Below, in pieces: positions 1 through 13,600 of a stretch of DNA of 64,000 nucleotides. Numbering within the stretch: position 1 is the stretch's first letter; each line of letters starts with the position of its first letter. The stretch is from positions 744,001-808,000 of the forward strand of contig NC_087445.1 of assembly GCF_036321535.1 (NCBI RefSeq), written 5' to 3'. Under the pieces are notes generated by a model. It saw nothing but the letters and a program-made list of their open reading frames with translations. It had not been told where the DNA came from and did no database searches. Made by a program: the position numbers and the translations under genes. Source of the DNA: Camelus dromedarius (Eukaryota).

Positions 1-2075
1 GAAACCTTGACAAAATTCAACATCCACCCCTGAGAAACACTCAGCAAACAGAAGGGAACACCCTCAACCTGATAAGGGGCATCTTCTAAACACCTCACAG
101 CTAACATTATTTAATGATGAACAACTGAGTCTCCCTACTTCTGTTCGACATTGTACTGTTTCCAATTGATAATGCAATGAAGCAAGAAAAATCAAAGGCA
201 TCTAGATTGGAAAGGAAGAAGTAAAACTGTCTTTATTCACATATCACAGAATAGCCTGCATAGAAACTCCAAAGGAATCTACAAAGAAGCCGTTAGAACT
301 AATAAGTGAGTTTAGCTAGGCTTCAAGACACAAGATTAATATACAAAAATCAAACTTATTTCCATATGCTAGAAATGAACAATCAGAAAGTGAAAAATAT
401 TTAAATGCTATTTATAATAACATCAAAAATATTAAATGCTCATGCTTAAATGTGGCACAAGATGTGGAAGACCTATACACTAAAAGCCACAAAATACTGC
501 TGAGAGAAATTAAATAATGGAGAGATATACTTATTTATGGGCCAAAAGACTAAATAGTGTTAAGATGCCAATTCTCCATGAATGGATTTTTTGATTCATC
601 ACAGTGCCAATCAGAATCCCAGCATTTTTTGGGTAGAGAAATTGAACATCTGATTCTAAAATTCATATGGAAATCCAAAGGACCTAGAACAATCAGAATG
701 CTATTGAAAAAGAAAAACAAAGTAGGAGGACTAACAGTGATTTTAATACTTAGAAAGCTACAGTAATTAAGACAGCATTGCTATTGGCATAAAGATAGAC
801 AGAGGCACTGAACAGAATAGAGAATCCAGAAATAGATCCATATGTAACTGACTTGACAAAGATACAAAGGCAATTTGGTGGAGAAGGGATAATCTTTTAC
901 AAATGGTGCTAGAATAAATGAATAAATGAATATCCACATGCAAAAAATAAACTACAATCCATACCTTACAACATACATGAAAATTATTTTTAAATGGATC
1001 ATAGGCTTAAACACTAAAAGTATAAGACTTCCAGGGGAAAACAAGAGAAAATGTTTGTGACTTTGGACGTGACCCATAGAAGGAGAAGTTGGTAATCTGG
1101 GCTCTAAAACTAAAAACTTATGCTATTAATTTAGACAAGTTAAGAGAAGGACTAGTCACAGACTGGGAAGAAATGTTTGCAAATCACAAATCTGATAAAG
1201 GACTTGTAGCCAGAATACAAGGATTCTCAAAACTCAGTAAGAAAAACAACCCAATAAAAAATGGGCAAAAGAATCAAAGAGCTACTTCACCTGAGAAGAT
1301 ATACGTATGGGAAAGAATCACATGAAAAGGTGCTCAACATATTAAGTAACCAGGGAAATGCAAACAATAACTATAATGAGTCACCACTAAATACTACTAG
1401 AATGAAGATTAAAAATGCCTGACCCTACCAAGGATGGCATGCGTGTGGAGCAATTAGAACTCTCCTACGCTGCTGATGGGGGACGTAAAAGGCTACAACA
1501 GCTTTGGAAAAGAATTTGGCAGATTCTTAAAAGTTAAGCATATATCTGATACATGACATAACTACCCACTCCTAGGTATTTACCCAACAGAAATGAAAGC
1601 ATATGTCCATACAGACTCATATAGGAATGTATGTATCTGTAACAACCAAAACAAAACAAACTCAAAAAACAACCCAATGACCATCAATAGGAAAATGGAT
1701 TTTAAAAAAGTATGGTGCAGCCACACAGTGGAATACTACTCAGCAATCAAAAAGAAACAGTTATTGATATGCGCATTAACACAGATACATCTCAAAATTA
1801 TGCTCAGTGGAAAGCCAAACCAAAAACACAGTACATGTTGTATGATTCCATTTATGTAAAACTAGAAAATGCAAACAAATGTATATCATGGTTGCCTGGG
1901 GATGGAGAGCAAAGAAGTTACAAAAGGGGATGAGGAAACGTGGGGATGATGAACAGCTTAAGTATCTCAATTATGTTGTTGACCTCATGAATATATACCC
2001 ATATGAAAACTTACCAAATGCCATGCTTTAAGTACAGGCAATTTCCTGTATTGCACTTATACTTCAATAAAGCTA
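1..2075 (+). mobile_element. LINE-1 (old L1M-type) 3' ORF2 plus 3'UTR, degraded
   Basis: ORF2-like peptides ([46 protein letters not shown]), many stops, and an L1M-type 3' end with AATAAA near 2066. Confidence 0.9.
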
Positions 2076-3776
2076 AGACAATTTGGGATGTTTTTGAACC
2101 ATTCAACCTAAAGGGTGAGAACCAAGGAGACCTCACCCTTGTGCTCACTGCCCCAGCTCACAGACAAGGAGGCAGAAGGTGACAGAAGTGGAGATTATGT
2201 CTCTGGTCACTCAGCCTACTTGTCTCAATTTCTTCTGACCGAAGTATCCTTGCTCCTACCTCACATCATCCTGCTCAGGCTTGAGTCTATCTCAAAACCT
2301 GCCTCCTCATCCTAGGATGCTCTGAGAACAGCGACACTGACCATCTGACTGGGGTGTCCAGCTGTGGACCTGGCCTTCCCTGCCTCACTGCACAATTCCC
2401 AGGCTGGTGCCTACTGAAGGAACTCCGAAACTTCTGGGCAGCTCAGGAATCCAGCTTTGGCCTCCATCGCAATCCTGCCCACAAAATTCCCTGGCTACTC
2501 TGGGGAAGAAAGGCAATGCCCTCCTGGACCACAGGGTGCTTGTCTGGGCTTTGAGGCAGCAGCAGTAGCAGCACTTTTGAGATGTTTCTACAGAGAACAC
2601 CTGCCCAGCTGTGAGTGGGCTAACGCTGTTCCTGACACAGGATCGCAGCCCACACCCGGCCCACTGCTCTGAAGTTTCCCAGGCCCAGCGAGCCCAGTTG
2701 TGGAGTCACACTTGGCCTTGCTTCAAGTACATCCGCACCCACGTGGACACCTGGAGCCAGGGCCAGGCACCTGGGGAAGGTGAGGTGTGCCAAATGGGGA
2801 GGGGGCCCAGGGCAAGTTTCAGGCCAGGAAGGGGAGTTGCAGGGTTCCAGGGGCAAGGTAGAGTTCAAAGCCAAGCATGGTGGGAAGAGGGGACACAACC
2901 CAGGGAGCAGTGTGAGTACACGCCAGGCGGGGGATCCCGGGCTCTCTGGGAAGCATCAGGAGCTCCTTTCTGAGAAGGGGGAGCTGGGACACTCAGAGGC
3001 CATGGGGGCAGCCTGGGCAGGAAAGATGCAAGTGAGGAGCAGCGGGGCTGGGAGTCAGGCCCGGGGGCTTCCCCGAGTGACTAGGCATGCTGCCTAATTT
3101 CTGCGGAGTGGGAACAGTGGTAAGGGCAGGGACCAGGGTGCTTGTACACTCTGGTAAATGAGCCCAGTGTTGCCCTGACCCTCCCTCCCTCAAGCCTGAA
3201 GTCTCACTGTGGAAGCCCTTAGAGATAAGACAGGCTCCTGTCATGAAGTTCAGGCTCTGGGCATCCCTACCTTGCCACCCAGCGTGGCCACCAATCTCAG
3301 TGCGTCGGCAATTAGGTGCCTAGGGCAGCAGGCCCAGGACACAGGGCACTCAGAGAGCAGGACACAGCAGGGATGGGGTGAGTGCAGGGCCCCCAGTGTC
3401 AACCTGCATGAGACCCCTGATGGCCCCTGAGAAGGAGGTGGCACATGGGTCGTCCCAGACACCCATCCCAAGCTCTGCTGCCCAGGCCCAGGGCCCGGCC
3501 CCAGTGGCCCACATCGGGGTCAGCAACTCTACCCGTGGTGCCCACAGGGACTTTGTAGTCCAGGCAAAAGGCCCCACCTGCCTCTCCCTAACCTGCCTGG
3601 CTCAGGGCACAGGCCCCAGGACCCCTCAGACAGAGAAGGTCCCCCCAGAGAAGCTCTGGCCACCACACAAGCTCTCTGGGTGGGGCATCCAGGGCAGAGA
3701 CACGGATGGGAGGGCGGGAACAGGGAGGCAAACAGGAAGAGAGCCCAAGCAGCTCCACTCTCTCAGCACCAAAAGC

Positions 3777-4208
3777 TGTGTTAGTCAGGGTTCCCCTGAG
3801 AAATGGAGCCAAGAAAATATATGTAGGTATATGTAAGAAGAGATTTATTACAGGAATTGGCTTAGGTAGTCACAGAGGCTGAGAAGTCCCACAATCTACT
3901 ATTTGCAAGTTGGAGACTGCGGCATCATCAGCCTAGGTACGAAGGCTTGAGAACCAGGAGCACCGATGCCCGAGGGTAGAAGATGGACATCCTGGCTGGA
4001 GCAGAGAGTGAATTCGCCCTTCTTCCACCTTTCGTTCCACTCAAGCCCTCAGCGGACTGAAGGATGCCCGCCCACACCTGGGGACGGATCTACCTAGTCA
4101 TGCTAATCTCTTCAAGAAACACTCTCATAGACACCACCAGAAATGTTTCACTAGCTGTCTGGGGATCGCTTAGCCCAGGCAAGTAGACGCATAAAATGAA
4201 CCATCACA
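3777..4208 (-). mobile_element. MLT2-type ERVL LTR
   Basis: Termini TGTGTTAGTCAGGGTTC ... AAATGAACCATCACA and internal GAGATTTATTACAGGAATTGGC, typical of reverse-oriented MLT2. Confidence 0.85.
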
Positions 4209-5177
4209 GAGCACGGGGTCTACTGCAATGACTCCCAACGCTGCTGCTGTGGTGTGAAAGCAGCCGCAGACAACATAGGCAAAAATGGGTAAAACGCTAT
4301 TTATAAGACCAAGGCTGAGGGCCAAATATGGCCCTTGGGCAGCGTTCGCTGACTTCTGGTCTGGGCCAGCACCTTGTCATCTCTCTGTGGCTCATTCGAT
4401 AGAAAAACCATTAAGTGCATGTTGAACGGGCCCATCCCTGAGCCAGGTGCGGAAGAGGAAATGTGCATCAGACCAGTGCTTGGAAGGATGAGGGGTGCTC
4501 CAGGTGCTGAGACGGGCATGGCAAAAGCCCAGAGGCAGGACAAGGTGGGCTAGGAGGAGACCTGGGTTCTTACACCGTACCTCTGAGCCCTGCACAGGAA
4601 ACCATTTTCCGTCCCAGCCCTGGTAGATCCTAGCTCCTACTGGACAGGAGACAGGTGTGAGCACTGTGGTACCTGCTGCCTGGGCTCCATCCTGGCTATG
4701 AGTCTGGGCAAGTCCCTCCCCTCACTGAGCCGAGCTGTAAACCGGGCTGCCTATAGAATGCCCAGCCTGGTGCCAAGCCAGCTGATGGGCCCTGAGCCCC
4801 GGCATAAGCCCACTTATGAGAGTGTCAGGGCTTGAAGGGCGACTCTGGGTAAGTGTCCGTTCCCCTGACGCCTGACATGTTTGGCCAGTCCCTGCGGCCC
4901 TCACAGGGCAGTGCGTCTGCTCTGCAGTGTCCTCACTGCCCACCCCACTTCCCATCAAAAGAATGATGTCAGCACCTCTACAGGGAGCGCTGGACATCAG
5001 TCCTAGCTCAAAGAGGCTGACCCTCAGTCTCTGACACCCCTACAAAGGAGCCAGAAACAAGTCTGCAGGAGAACAAGCCCCACTCCCGACCCTAACAGGG
5101 CAGAAGCAGCAGTAGGAACTGGGCTGCAAAAAGGGCTGCTCTGGGGCACCTTTCTTTCCAGACCAGTCTGGCCATCC

Positions 5178-5573
5178 TGTTAGCACAAAGAACTAGGCAT
5201 GGCTTTTTTGACATGAAAGAAGCCATTTTCGGCCCAAGCTGTTTTGTGCTCTAAGCCTGGTCACAATGCTGGTCCTTGAGTTGGTCTCAGTAATTAATGA
5301 TCTTCAGGGAACAAAAGAATGCAGGGAACAACTGTTATCAGGCAAGAGCAAATAGCAAAGATAATCTGCTCAAGCCCCTTCATGAATATGCATATACCCT
5401 TAGCTTAAAATTTCCCCAATTTTGCTGTTCAGGGAGACACTGCTTTGGGAAAGCTCCCTGGTTCTCCTCACTTGCTGCAAGTATTAAATCCTTCTTTCTC
5501 TTGCTCTCTTTGGCTTGGTTGTATCTTTTGGCTCAGCACCAACCAAGAGGTGAACCCAATTTTTTGGGTAACA
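5178..5573 (+). mobile_element. ERV1-class solo LTR
   Basis: TG...CA termini (TGTTAGC ... GGTAACA), ATTAAA signal after CTTGCTGCAAGT, and 4-bp TSD ATCC/ATCT with one mismatch. Confidence 0.8.
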
Positions 5574-7913
5574 ATCTGAGGCAGCAGGCACAACACAGGC
5601 CAAGCCAGGAGAACCAGCTTAAGAATTCCCAGAAGGTGAGGTGTCCTTCCAGGAAGCAGTTTTCACAGTGAAGCTGGATTTGGGATTCTCAACTTCTTTG
5701 CTGTTGGAATTCTTGGGCTGGCCCAGCCCCACCCGCTCACGGCAGAATCCACCTCCACCTGAAGAGCAGGGTGGGGACATCCCAGAAATTCCCTACCGGC
5801 TGCCCATCCTGGCCCCTCTGCTGGGCTTCTGGCTTGATCCTGCTCCTGGGACCAGGGCTGGGGATGGTCATCGCGCACCCACTCGGCACCGTCTTCATGT
5901 GCAGGCTTACGGGAAACCCCACCGGCTGGCTTTACAAGGACCTTTCCAGGTAGTTTTCAGTGCCCCTTTATCAAGAGCATGCTTACTGAATGTCTGGCCT
6001 CGGGTGGGTGCCAGTGGTACCAGCAGCAGACACTGTCAGGTCCCCAGGGCTCAATTCTGTCCCAGGTGGGACCCTAAAGCCTGGCATCCTGAGGCACCAT
6101 CTGAATGGAAAGAATCACTCCCCCACCTCAGGTCACCAATGGCCTTGATTACCAACCAGTGACTGTCAGCACCACAGCCTCTCTAGCCCCCAGCCAGAGC
6201 CAGGAGCCCCTACAGTATTCCTCATCTCTTTCCTGGTTCAAAGTGGTGTCCCTTTCAGATGCTCACCCTGGGAGCAGCTCCTCAAAGCAAGTGTACGCTG
6301 AGAACCCCACGGGGCAGGGCGCCTTGGGGCAGAGCTGGGCCGCCCAGCAGCTGGTGCTCAGGGAGCGAAGACTCTCTCCAGCTGTCACTCCACATGGTCA
6401 CCATCTGCTGGCACACTTGTGCCTGCTGGACCTGCCGGCCCAGGCTCAGCCCCGCCTCCGGCATGGAGCACTTACTAACCAGCAGAAAGCTATAACTGTC
6501 TGCTTCTGCTGAGAGAGGGAGGAGCAGCTTGGGAACTGGCCTCCCTCCCAATCCTCACGCAGGGAGCCAGGCAGGGAAGAGGAACCAGTAACTCAAGTTC
6601 AATGCAAGCTGCCAGAGACGGTGTTCAACAGATACGGATTAGCTGATGGATTTCCCCCCAAAACTAATACATACAAGCCAGACGGCTGCACCAGGCACTG
6701 GCGCCAAAGGGGGATCTGGCAACTCTGAGGACTGGAAAGAAGGCGTGATGGAGTTCCCGCGACGTGGGGCCACATGCAGGAACCACCCTGTGGCCAGCTC
6801 CCAGCTGTCAGCCCCCAGAAACCACGTGAGCCTCATCAAACTCAACACAGGACTCAGGCCTGTGAAGTGGATACAGATAACAAGCTCTATGATATTATGA
6901 GATAAAGATCTCATAGCATTAGGAGATTTAAGTCTATCAAAGGTTGATTAAACCTATCAACGCTTAATTCACTGGCCCAAACTGCCAAGTACAAAATACT
7001 ATATAATGGTAGACATGCGAGAATGTGTCAACTAGGGAAGAACTAGACTGGGGTGTCTAGCAATAAGTCAGAATTAGCATCGACACCGAGAAGACTCAAA
7101 AGAAGGAAAAAGGGCACACACTTCCTTTCAATATAGAGCTTTTTCCTAAGGAAATGGTATCACAATGGGACAGAGTGACATCACAGTAATGTAAAACAGG
7201 AAGATACTACACATACATGTTGTACACTACGGTTGAAGAAATTTTTAAAAATACGTATCGTAAGTTTTCTGTAAATTTAAAACTGCTTTAAAAAATAAGA
7301 GCTATTAAAAATACATCAGTATGAAAAAATATGTATCAGTACGCAACCAAGTGCATGGAAATTGATCTCTTAAACAACGTCTGTATCAGAGAGGGCCCAC
7401 AGAACAACAGGAAGCTGAATAAACAAAAAACAGAAACGTCTTATATCAGAACTTGAGGATCCCTGCCAAAGCAGTACTGTGCTGGGGGAGGGGCGACGCT
7501 AAAAATAAAGGATAAAAAAAACACAGAAACTGAATACAGTAATGAGGCAAAAGACTCACAAAGGGGAAGTGACAACAAAACCTCAAAACAAACAAAGTGC
7601 AAACCTCACTAAGTTAGTGTATCTTCTCAACCTGGTGATGATTTTATCCACTTGAAAGCACTGCCCCTAAACCACGCGGCTGCAGGCCAGTCCTGCCCCT
7701 CTCACCCATTCCCCGGCCTATGCTCCCGGGAACTTTGAACGCTGTGGCAGGGCCAGGGCTAGAACCCAAGAACCTCTCTGTCCACTTCTATGTCCACTCG
7801 CAGTACGAGATAGGATGAGGGAATGGAGAGAGGGGCAGTCACCTCAGGCTCAATGGACACCCTGTATGTAACTCATATGGGAGCTCCACAAATCCGCCCT
7901 CCAAAAGTGTGGA

Positions 7914-8041
7914 GGGGGGATGGCATAGCTCAGTGGCAGAGTGTGTGCATAGCATGCACGAGGTCCTGGGTTCAAACTCCAGTACCGCCATTAAAAATAC
8001 AGAAATAACCTCTCCCCACCAAAAAAAAAAAAAAAAAAAAA
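7914..8041 (+). mobile_element. Camelid tRNA-derived SINE (vic-1 type)
   Basis: A-box TAGCTCAGTGG, B-box-like GGTTCAAACTCC, body GCATGCACGAGGTCCTGGG, 21-nt A tail, and approximate TSD AAAAGTG. Confidence 0.9.
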
Positions 8042-8969
8042 GTGGGGGGGGGGGGAGGTTCGTGCTGACTGTGCATGCAAAAACTTGGGTGAGGCCTCAG
8101 CAAACGGAAGCAATACTTCACCTTGAGAATCATTCACTTGCCCCAGGAACACAAAACCAGCGGCACTAATTTAACTCAACTTAAAAATACTGATTCAGCA
8201 CCTGCCAGGGATGCATAGCAAGTAAACCATGTAGTGTGTCAGAAGGTGAACTAACGACGTTCCTGCCACAGACAAACTAGTATTTAAAAAGGAAATAAGA
8301 ATGCCATCTGCTCTAAGATGCTTTCAACTCGCCTTTCAACTGAAGCTTTAGAAAAATGGATGTGGTAACTTTCTTAATATCATAGAAAGAGCACCTATAG
8401 CTAATCGATCTAGACAGATTTAAAACGAGAGCCAACTTAACAACAGAGTGCACTAATAAATAATGGACATGTGCTGGAGTCACTCCTTAAGAGGATGAGG
8501 CAAGACAACCTTTCACCACAGTTCACAGAGACTGGAAGAAAGAAACAGAAGAAAGGATAAATTAACCCCATATTGTTCTCAGGTGATGATTTTATCCTGA
8601 AAATGCACTAAGAAATACCTCCAAAAAGATCATTTAGAGATCTCCAATCCTCTCAAATTAAATTAGGTTAGGAAAACATTCTTTAAATAAACAGCAATCA
8701 CATTTATCATCTTGACATCAAAAAACACTAACCTTGAATATTAATTTAACCAGAAACATAAAAATTATTCAAAGAAAATGATAAACATGGTAATGAAAAG
8801 GGCTGAACCCAAGCAGGAGGGTCAGGTGCCTGAACTGTCACTTGGAGGTCACATGTCAGGGACACCACAGATATTAGGCTGAAGGAAGCTGCTCTAAACC
8901 CTGAGATCAAGAGTGCAATTTATCCAGATGATTTAGCAAGTGAAGAGAGTCTTCCCCTTCTCTCCAATG

Positions 8970-9645
8970 AAAAAAATTTCGAGATATAATTCACATACCG
9001 TAACATTCACCCATTTAATGTATCGAATTCAGTGATTTTCAGTAGATTTTCACTACCATCGCCACTATTTAATTCCACATTTTCATAGTCCCCATTAGCA
9101 GTCACCCCCCAGCTCCCCTCCCCCAAACCCTAAAAACCACCAATGTACTTTCTGTCTCTATGGATTTGCCTAGTCAGGATATTTCATAAAAAGAGAACTA
9201 CACAATATGTTCTTCTATGACTGGCCTCTCTCACTGAGCTTAATGCTTTCAAGGTTCATCCACATTGCGTGCACCAGCACTCCGCTTCTTTTTGTTGCTA
9301 AATACTATACCGTTGTATGGAAGGACCACATTTGTTTATCCATTCATCCATCAGCTGATGGACATTTGGGCTGTTTCCACTTTGGGATTGTTATGAATAA
9401 TGCTGTGAGCACTTACATACAAGTTTTTGTGTGGATACATGTTTTCAATCCCCTTGGTGTGTATGTGGGAGTAAATAGATGGGTCATATATACGGTAACT
9501 CTATGCCGGACACTTTGAAGAACTGCCAAACTGTTTGCGAAAGCAGCACACCATTTTCCATTCCAGTGTGGGTTTTGATTGCTCCACATCCTCATTAACA
9601 CTTGTTATTGTCAGTCTTTTGATTTTAGCCATCCAAGTAGATGTA
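8970..9645 (-). mobile_element. LINE-1 3' fragment (L1M-type)
   Basis: Characteristic antisense text GAGATATAATTCACATACC ... GATGGACATTTGGGCTGTTTCCAC ... CACCATTTTCCATTCC. Confidence 0.85.
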
Positions 9646-9929
9646 AGGTCTCCTTCCATTAAAAAAAATTAGTATTAGTAACAATAATAGCTCCCACTTT
9701 TATATTTCTCCTTAACCCTATTATTTCACTTAATGCCTATTTCAAAGTTCTCAGGAGAATTCTGGTTTCTACTTTACAAAGGAAGAATCTAAGAGTCCAA
9801 GAGGCTGAGGCCATATCAAGGCCTCAGCTATCTGGGGCGGGGCACAGTTAGCACTCTGGGCCATCCTGACCCCCTCATGCTGGCTCCTTCTGCATCAGCG
9901 TCAGAACCATTGCAGAAGCACAGGAGGAG

Positions 9930-10570
9930 CCCTGTTCAGGATATATCAAGATCTCTGATACATCAGAAAGGAACAGGCAGATACCCCACAGAAAAACTGG
10001 TGAAGGTCTTCACAAAAGAGGGTCTCGAAATAGCCAGTCAACACAGGAAAGGTCCACAGGGAAATGCACACTAGTACCAGGATGGTGACTAGGACACGGA
10101 TCAAAAAGGCTAGATCTAACGCGGACGACGCCGGCGCCGGTGGGAGAGCCAGGAATGCCCACACTGCTGGTGCAGGTACCCTGGGAAGTGCTCCCACCCT
10201 GGGTGCTATCCACATTGCACCCTCACAGAGGCACGGAGTCTGACAGCCCAAACCTGGGTGAGAAAGCATGGCGTGTCCACACGGAACCCTACCAGTGATG
10301 AGCGCCAACAATCTGCAAATTCAGGCAAGTGTCTCCAGATACAAAATGCTGAGCGAACACACAGAATCCAAGCGCCACTGGTCTGCCTACAGCAAGCTGA
10401 AAGTGGGCAAAAGCAGTCTGTGGGGCAGGGCCTGAGCCATTGCGCCTGGACAAGCATCAGAGAACCGCCCCTGGGACGCCGACAGCATGCTCCTTTCTCC
10501 AGCTGTGGAGCTGCACGGGGACACCAAGCCGTACAGTTAAGATCTGTGTGCTTTCTGTGTTTATCTTATG
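9930..10570 (+). mobile_element. Highly decayed L1 3' remnant
   Basis: Ordered degenerate echoes of L1 landmarks (AAAACTGG..., GGAAATGCA, CCACACTGCTGGTG, GTACAGTTAAGATCTGTGTGC). Confidence 0.4.
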
Positions 10571-13517
10571 CTCCGATAGAAACTAATGTTTTAATTAGTA
10601 AAAGGAGTATGGGATGACAATTATCAAAATTATCAATCAATTATCACAAATAAATAAATAGAAAATAAATTATATCTCAAGCAGTAAACAAAATGACTTC
10701 TGAAACTGCATACTGAAATAGAATCAAACCATTAAAAAGGATGCAGTTATCTGAAATATACAGAGCTGGAGAGGTGGGATGCTCAGAACCTCAGCTACCA
10801 CCACCCCTGGTGATGACAAAGAACCGGAAGCAGGACACAAACGTGCCCAGGGATGGTGCACACATTCACTTAAAGTCTGTATGTTTTACTGTATGTCGCT
10901 ATAGTTACTAGGTTAACAAAACCCAAACCAAATGCACCCCGGGTCTGAACATACCCCAGGGAGACCAAATACTCATTAGTGATCAAACAGAAGGTATCAG
11001 AGACACAATGAGAGACTGACCTTCCATAAGTGCACTTCCACAAAAACCTGAAAAAAGAATGCAAGGTCTAGCCAGGAAATGGGACAAAAAAAAAATGGAC
11101 TGCAGGCTCACTCTGGACCATATGCTTCCGATCACCCCACGCAAGCACAAAGCCTTGCTGGCAACTGGAGAGAAACAAGTTACAACAGCTACAAAGTACC
11201 AGCACGGACAGGGGATGGGGCAAGGGGAGAGGGGGCGTAAGCAGAGTTAGAGCTGGCAATCAGTGAGGACGCGTCCAGGACAGATGTCCCTGAAACAGCT
11301 CTGAGAAACAGAGCAGCTCCAAGGCCCGGACCACAGCCCTGCTCAGTGGGGCTCGACAGGGCTGGCTCTGCCCTCTTGTCCCCGGGCCCCACTTCCAGCT
11401 CTGATGGGATGCAGTGAAGAGAAAAAATAGCTGGGAGAGGCCCAGGAGGGCAGGTGATAACCAGAGGCCTGTGCGCGTCACAGTCTGTGCCAACATGCGC
11501 CCATCAAGCTCTCTCACGGGACGGATCTCCTTTCACAGGTGAGAAACTGAACTCTGAGAACAAGCAACTCCATACGGTTTCTCAGGTGGGACTGACAGAA
11601 AAGGCAGGAAAGAGGCGTAACAGGCCAGACAGCAGAAACAGCACCTGGACCCAAGACTCTGCTGTTCAGCTGCCTGCACCGAACAATCACACTAGAAGCC
11701 AGAAAGAAATGTCCCTTGCCAGGGGCAGGCCCACCTGCCAGCCAGCCAGCCCTTCCCGGTCTCTGAGTCTCAAGCCTGGAATCTGGAATGTTCCAGCTTA
11801 CTGGGGCAGTGCCGGTTAATCCCCAGATCTGGCTGACACTGGTCATGCTGGTCCCTGGTCCTACTTCACACGACTTACGGAGATTATCTCCCTCCTGGCA
11901 CAACTCACAGAGGAGCTGGCCTTTTTGCCAGGGGACCAGGGTGGGTGGCTGTGTGTGTCCGTCCTGGACAAGGGGAGGTGGGCTCTGTTCATGTGCACCA
12001 CTGAGGAACATGAGAGTGCAGGTCCACAAAGAGCCTTGCACATGGGTGTTCGTGGTGGCTGTGCTGAGAGCCAGACACAAGTGACCCTGACATCCTCCAA
12101 GGGGAGTTGTTGGTGACTCAGGCACAGGACTCAGGCACCAGGCTGCTCAGAGAGAAAGCCAACCATCAACCCTCACAGCTCTGACGCCTTTCAGAGAAGC
12201 CAGACAAAAGGGCCACCTGGGTGCAGCCCATCAACATGCGAGTCTAGAACAGAACCTCGTCACTCCTGCAGCAGAAGGCTGGCATGGCCATCTCGGATGG
12301 GGCGGGCTGGAAGGCATGTGAGGATGACCCTCACACAGGGCAGCCACAGGAGCGCAAACAACTCTGTGTCTTGTACTAGGTAAATTATGCCCCAACTTTA
12401 AAATGGGAGCTGATTACAGATAAAATCATCGGGGCAGCAGCTAGAGTTGTGGCTCCAGAAGTATCTGTCACAGATGGACCCAAACAATGCCGTCTGCCGC
12501 CGAAAGAGTCCAGCTCTGTCTCACAGGATCACCCAAGTTCTAACAGGTAGGCAAGACTGAACAGGCCAGGAGGAGCAGCTTCCAGGAAGGGAAACCCCGG
12601 GGGTGGTGGGCCCACCCAAGCTCCCATACAAAGACAGAGCCTTCTGCAGGGATGGCCAGAGCCGACCCTGCGACATCCCTGCTGGGTCTCCATCAGGCCA
12701 CGTCTCAGAGCCAGGGGTTGGGGGATGATGGGGTAGGGTACAACTCAGGGCAGTCAGCCTCAGGGACAGCAGGGGACAGGCAGAAAAAGTGCAAGGGGCT
12801 AACCCTGGGACCTTCCACCTTCCCTACAGAATTCCCTGACCCAGTCTTAGGAAGTAGTGACAAAGGCAGGCCCTCCCACCAGCATGGGGATGTAGCCAAG
12901 GGCATCCCTCGGAGCCCACTGCGCACTGGGATGGAGAGATGGGGATAAATTCTGTAACCATGCAGGTAAGTGCAGACTGACACTCCACCCATGTGGGCAG
13001 GGAGGGTTCAGGTCTCTTGCATAAGCTCCAGTGACAAGATGGGTTTCCCAGACTCACCAGAAGCATGAACCCTCCTGAAGCCCATGTCCCACCCTGAAAC
13101 TGATTTGATCCTTCTGGGTGTGGTTGATGCTCTGGAATTTCATAAAGCTCCCAGGTGACCCTGGCACGTAGGAAATTCAATACACCACACTGGCTCTGCA
13201 TGAGCTTCCACTAGAATCCAAGTCATCTGAGAAACCAGAAACAGACCCGCTCCCTACCCAAAAGGACCCCCCCACCCCACGCCCTCCATGACCTCAGCTT
13301 ATCACCTTCAGCTGACTCTTCCCATCCGCTCCAACCCACCTTCCACTCCAAGAAGCACCTACCCCAGACCCACTTCCTCGTCCCTTGCTCATAGGGCGTA
13401 TACTGAGACCAGTGGTGGCAGGTGTGGCCCCAGGCCCTAAGGCATTTTTGGAGGCAGTCTGGGAAGATCTGGCTACCACCCAAAGGAGGCAGAGGTGGGT
13501 TTGAATCTCATTTGATC

Positions 13518-13600
13518 TTCACAACAGCCACACAAAGTAGAAATTTATAACTCCCTTGTCACAGGTGAGCAAACCAAGGCTCAGTGAGGTCAGATGATTT
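13518..13600 (+). mobile_element. MIR fragment
   Basis: CTTCACAACAGCC...ACAGGTGAGCAAACCAAGGCTCAGTGAGGT core. Confidence 0.6.

Noticed and set aside
7915-7990. tRNA-Ala-like sequence
   Set aside because: It has a poly(A) tail, TSD and degenerate stems, so it is a SINE rather than a functional tRNA.
8582-8680. Possible box C/D snoRNA (GTGATGA...CTGA)
   Set aside because: C and D boxes are only 7 nt apart, there is no terminal stem or distal D box, and it is antisense to the host intron.
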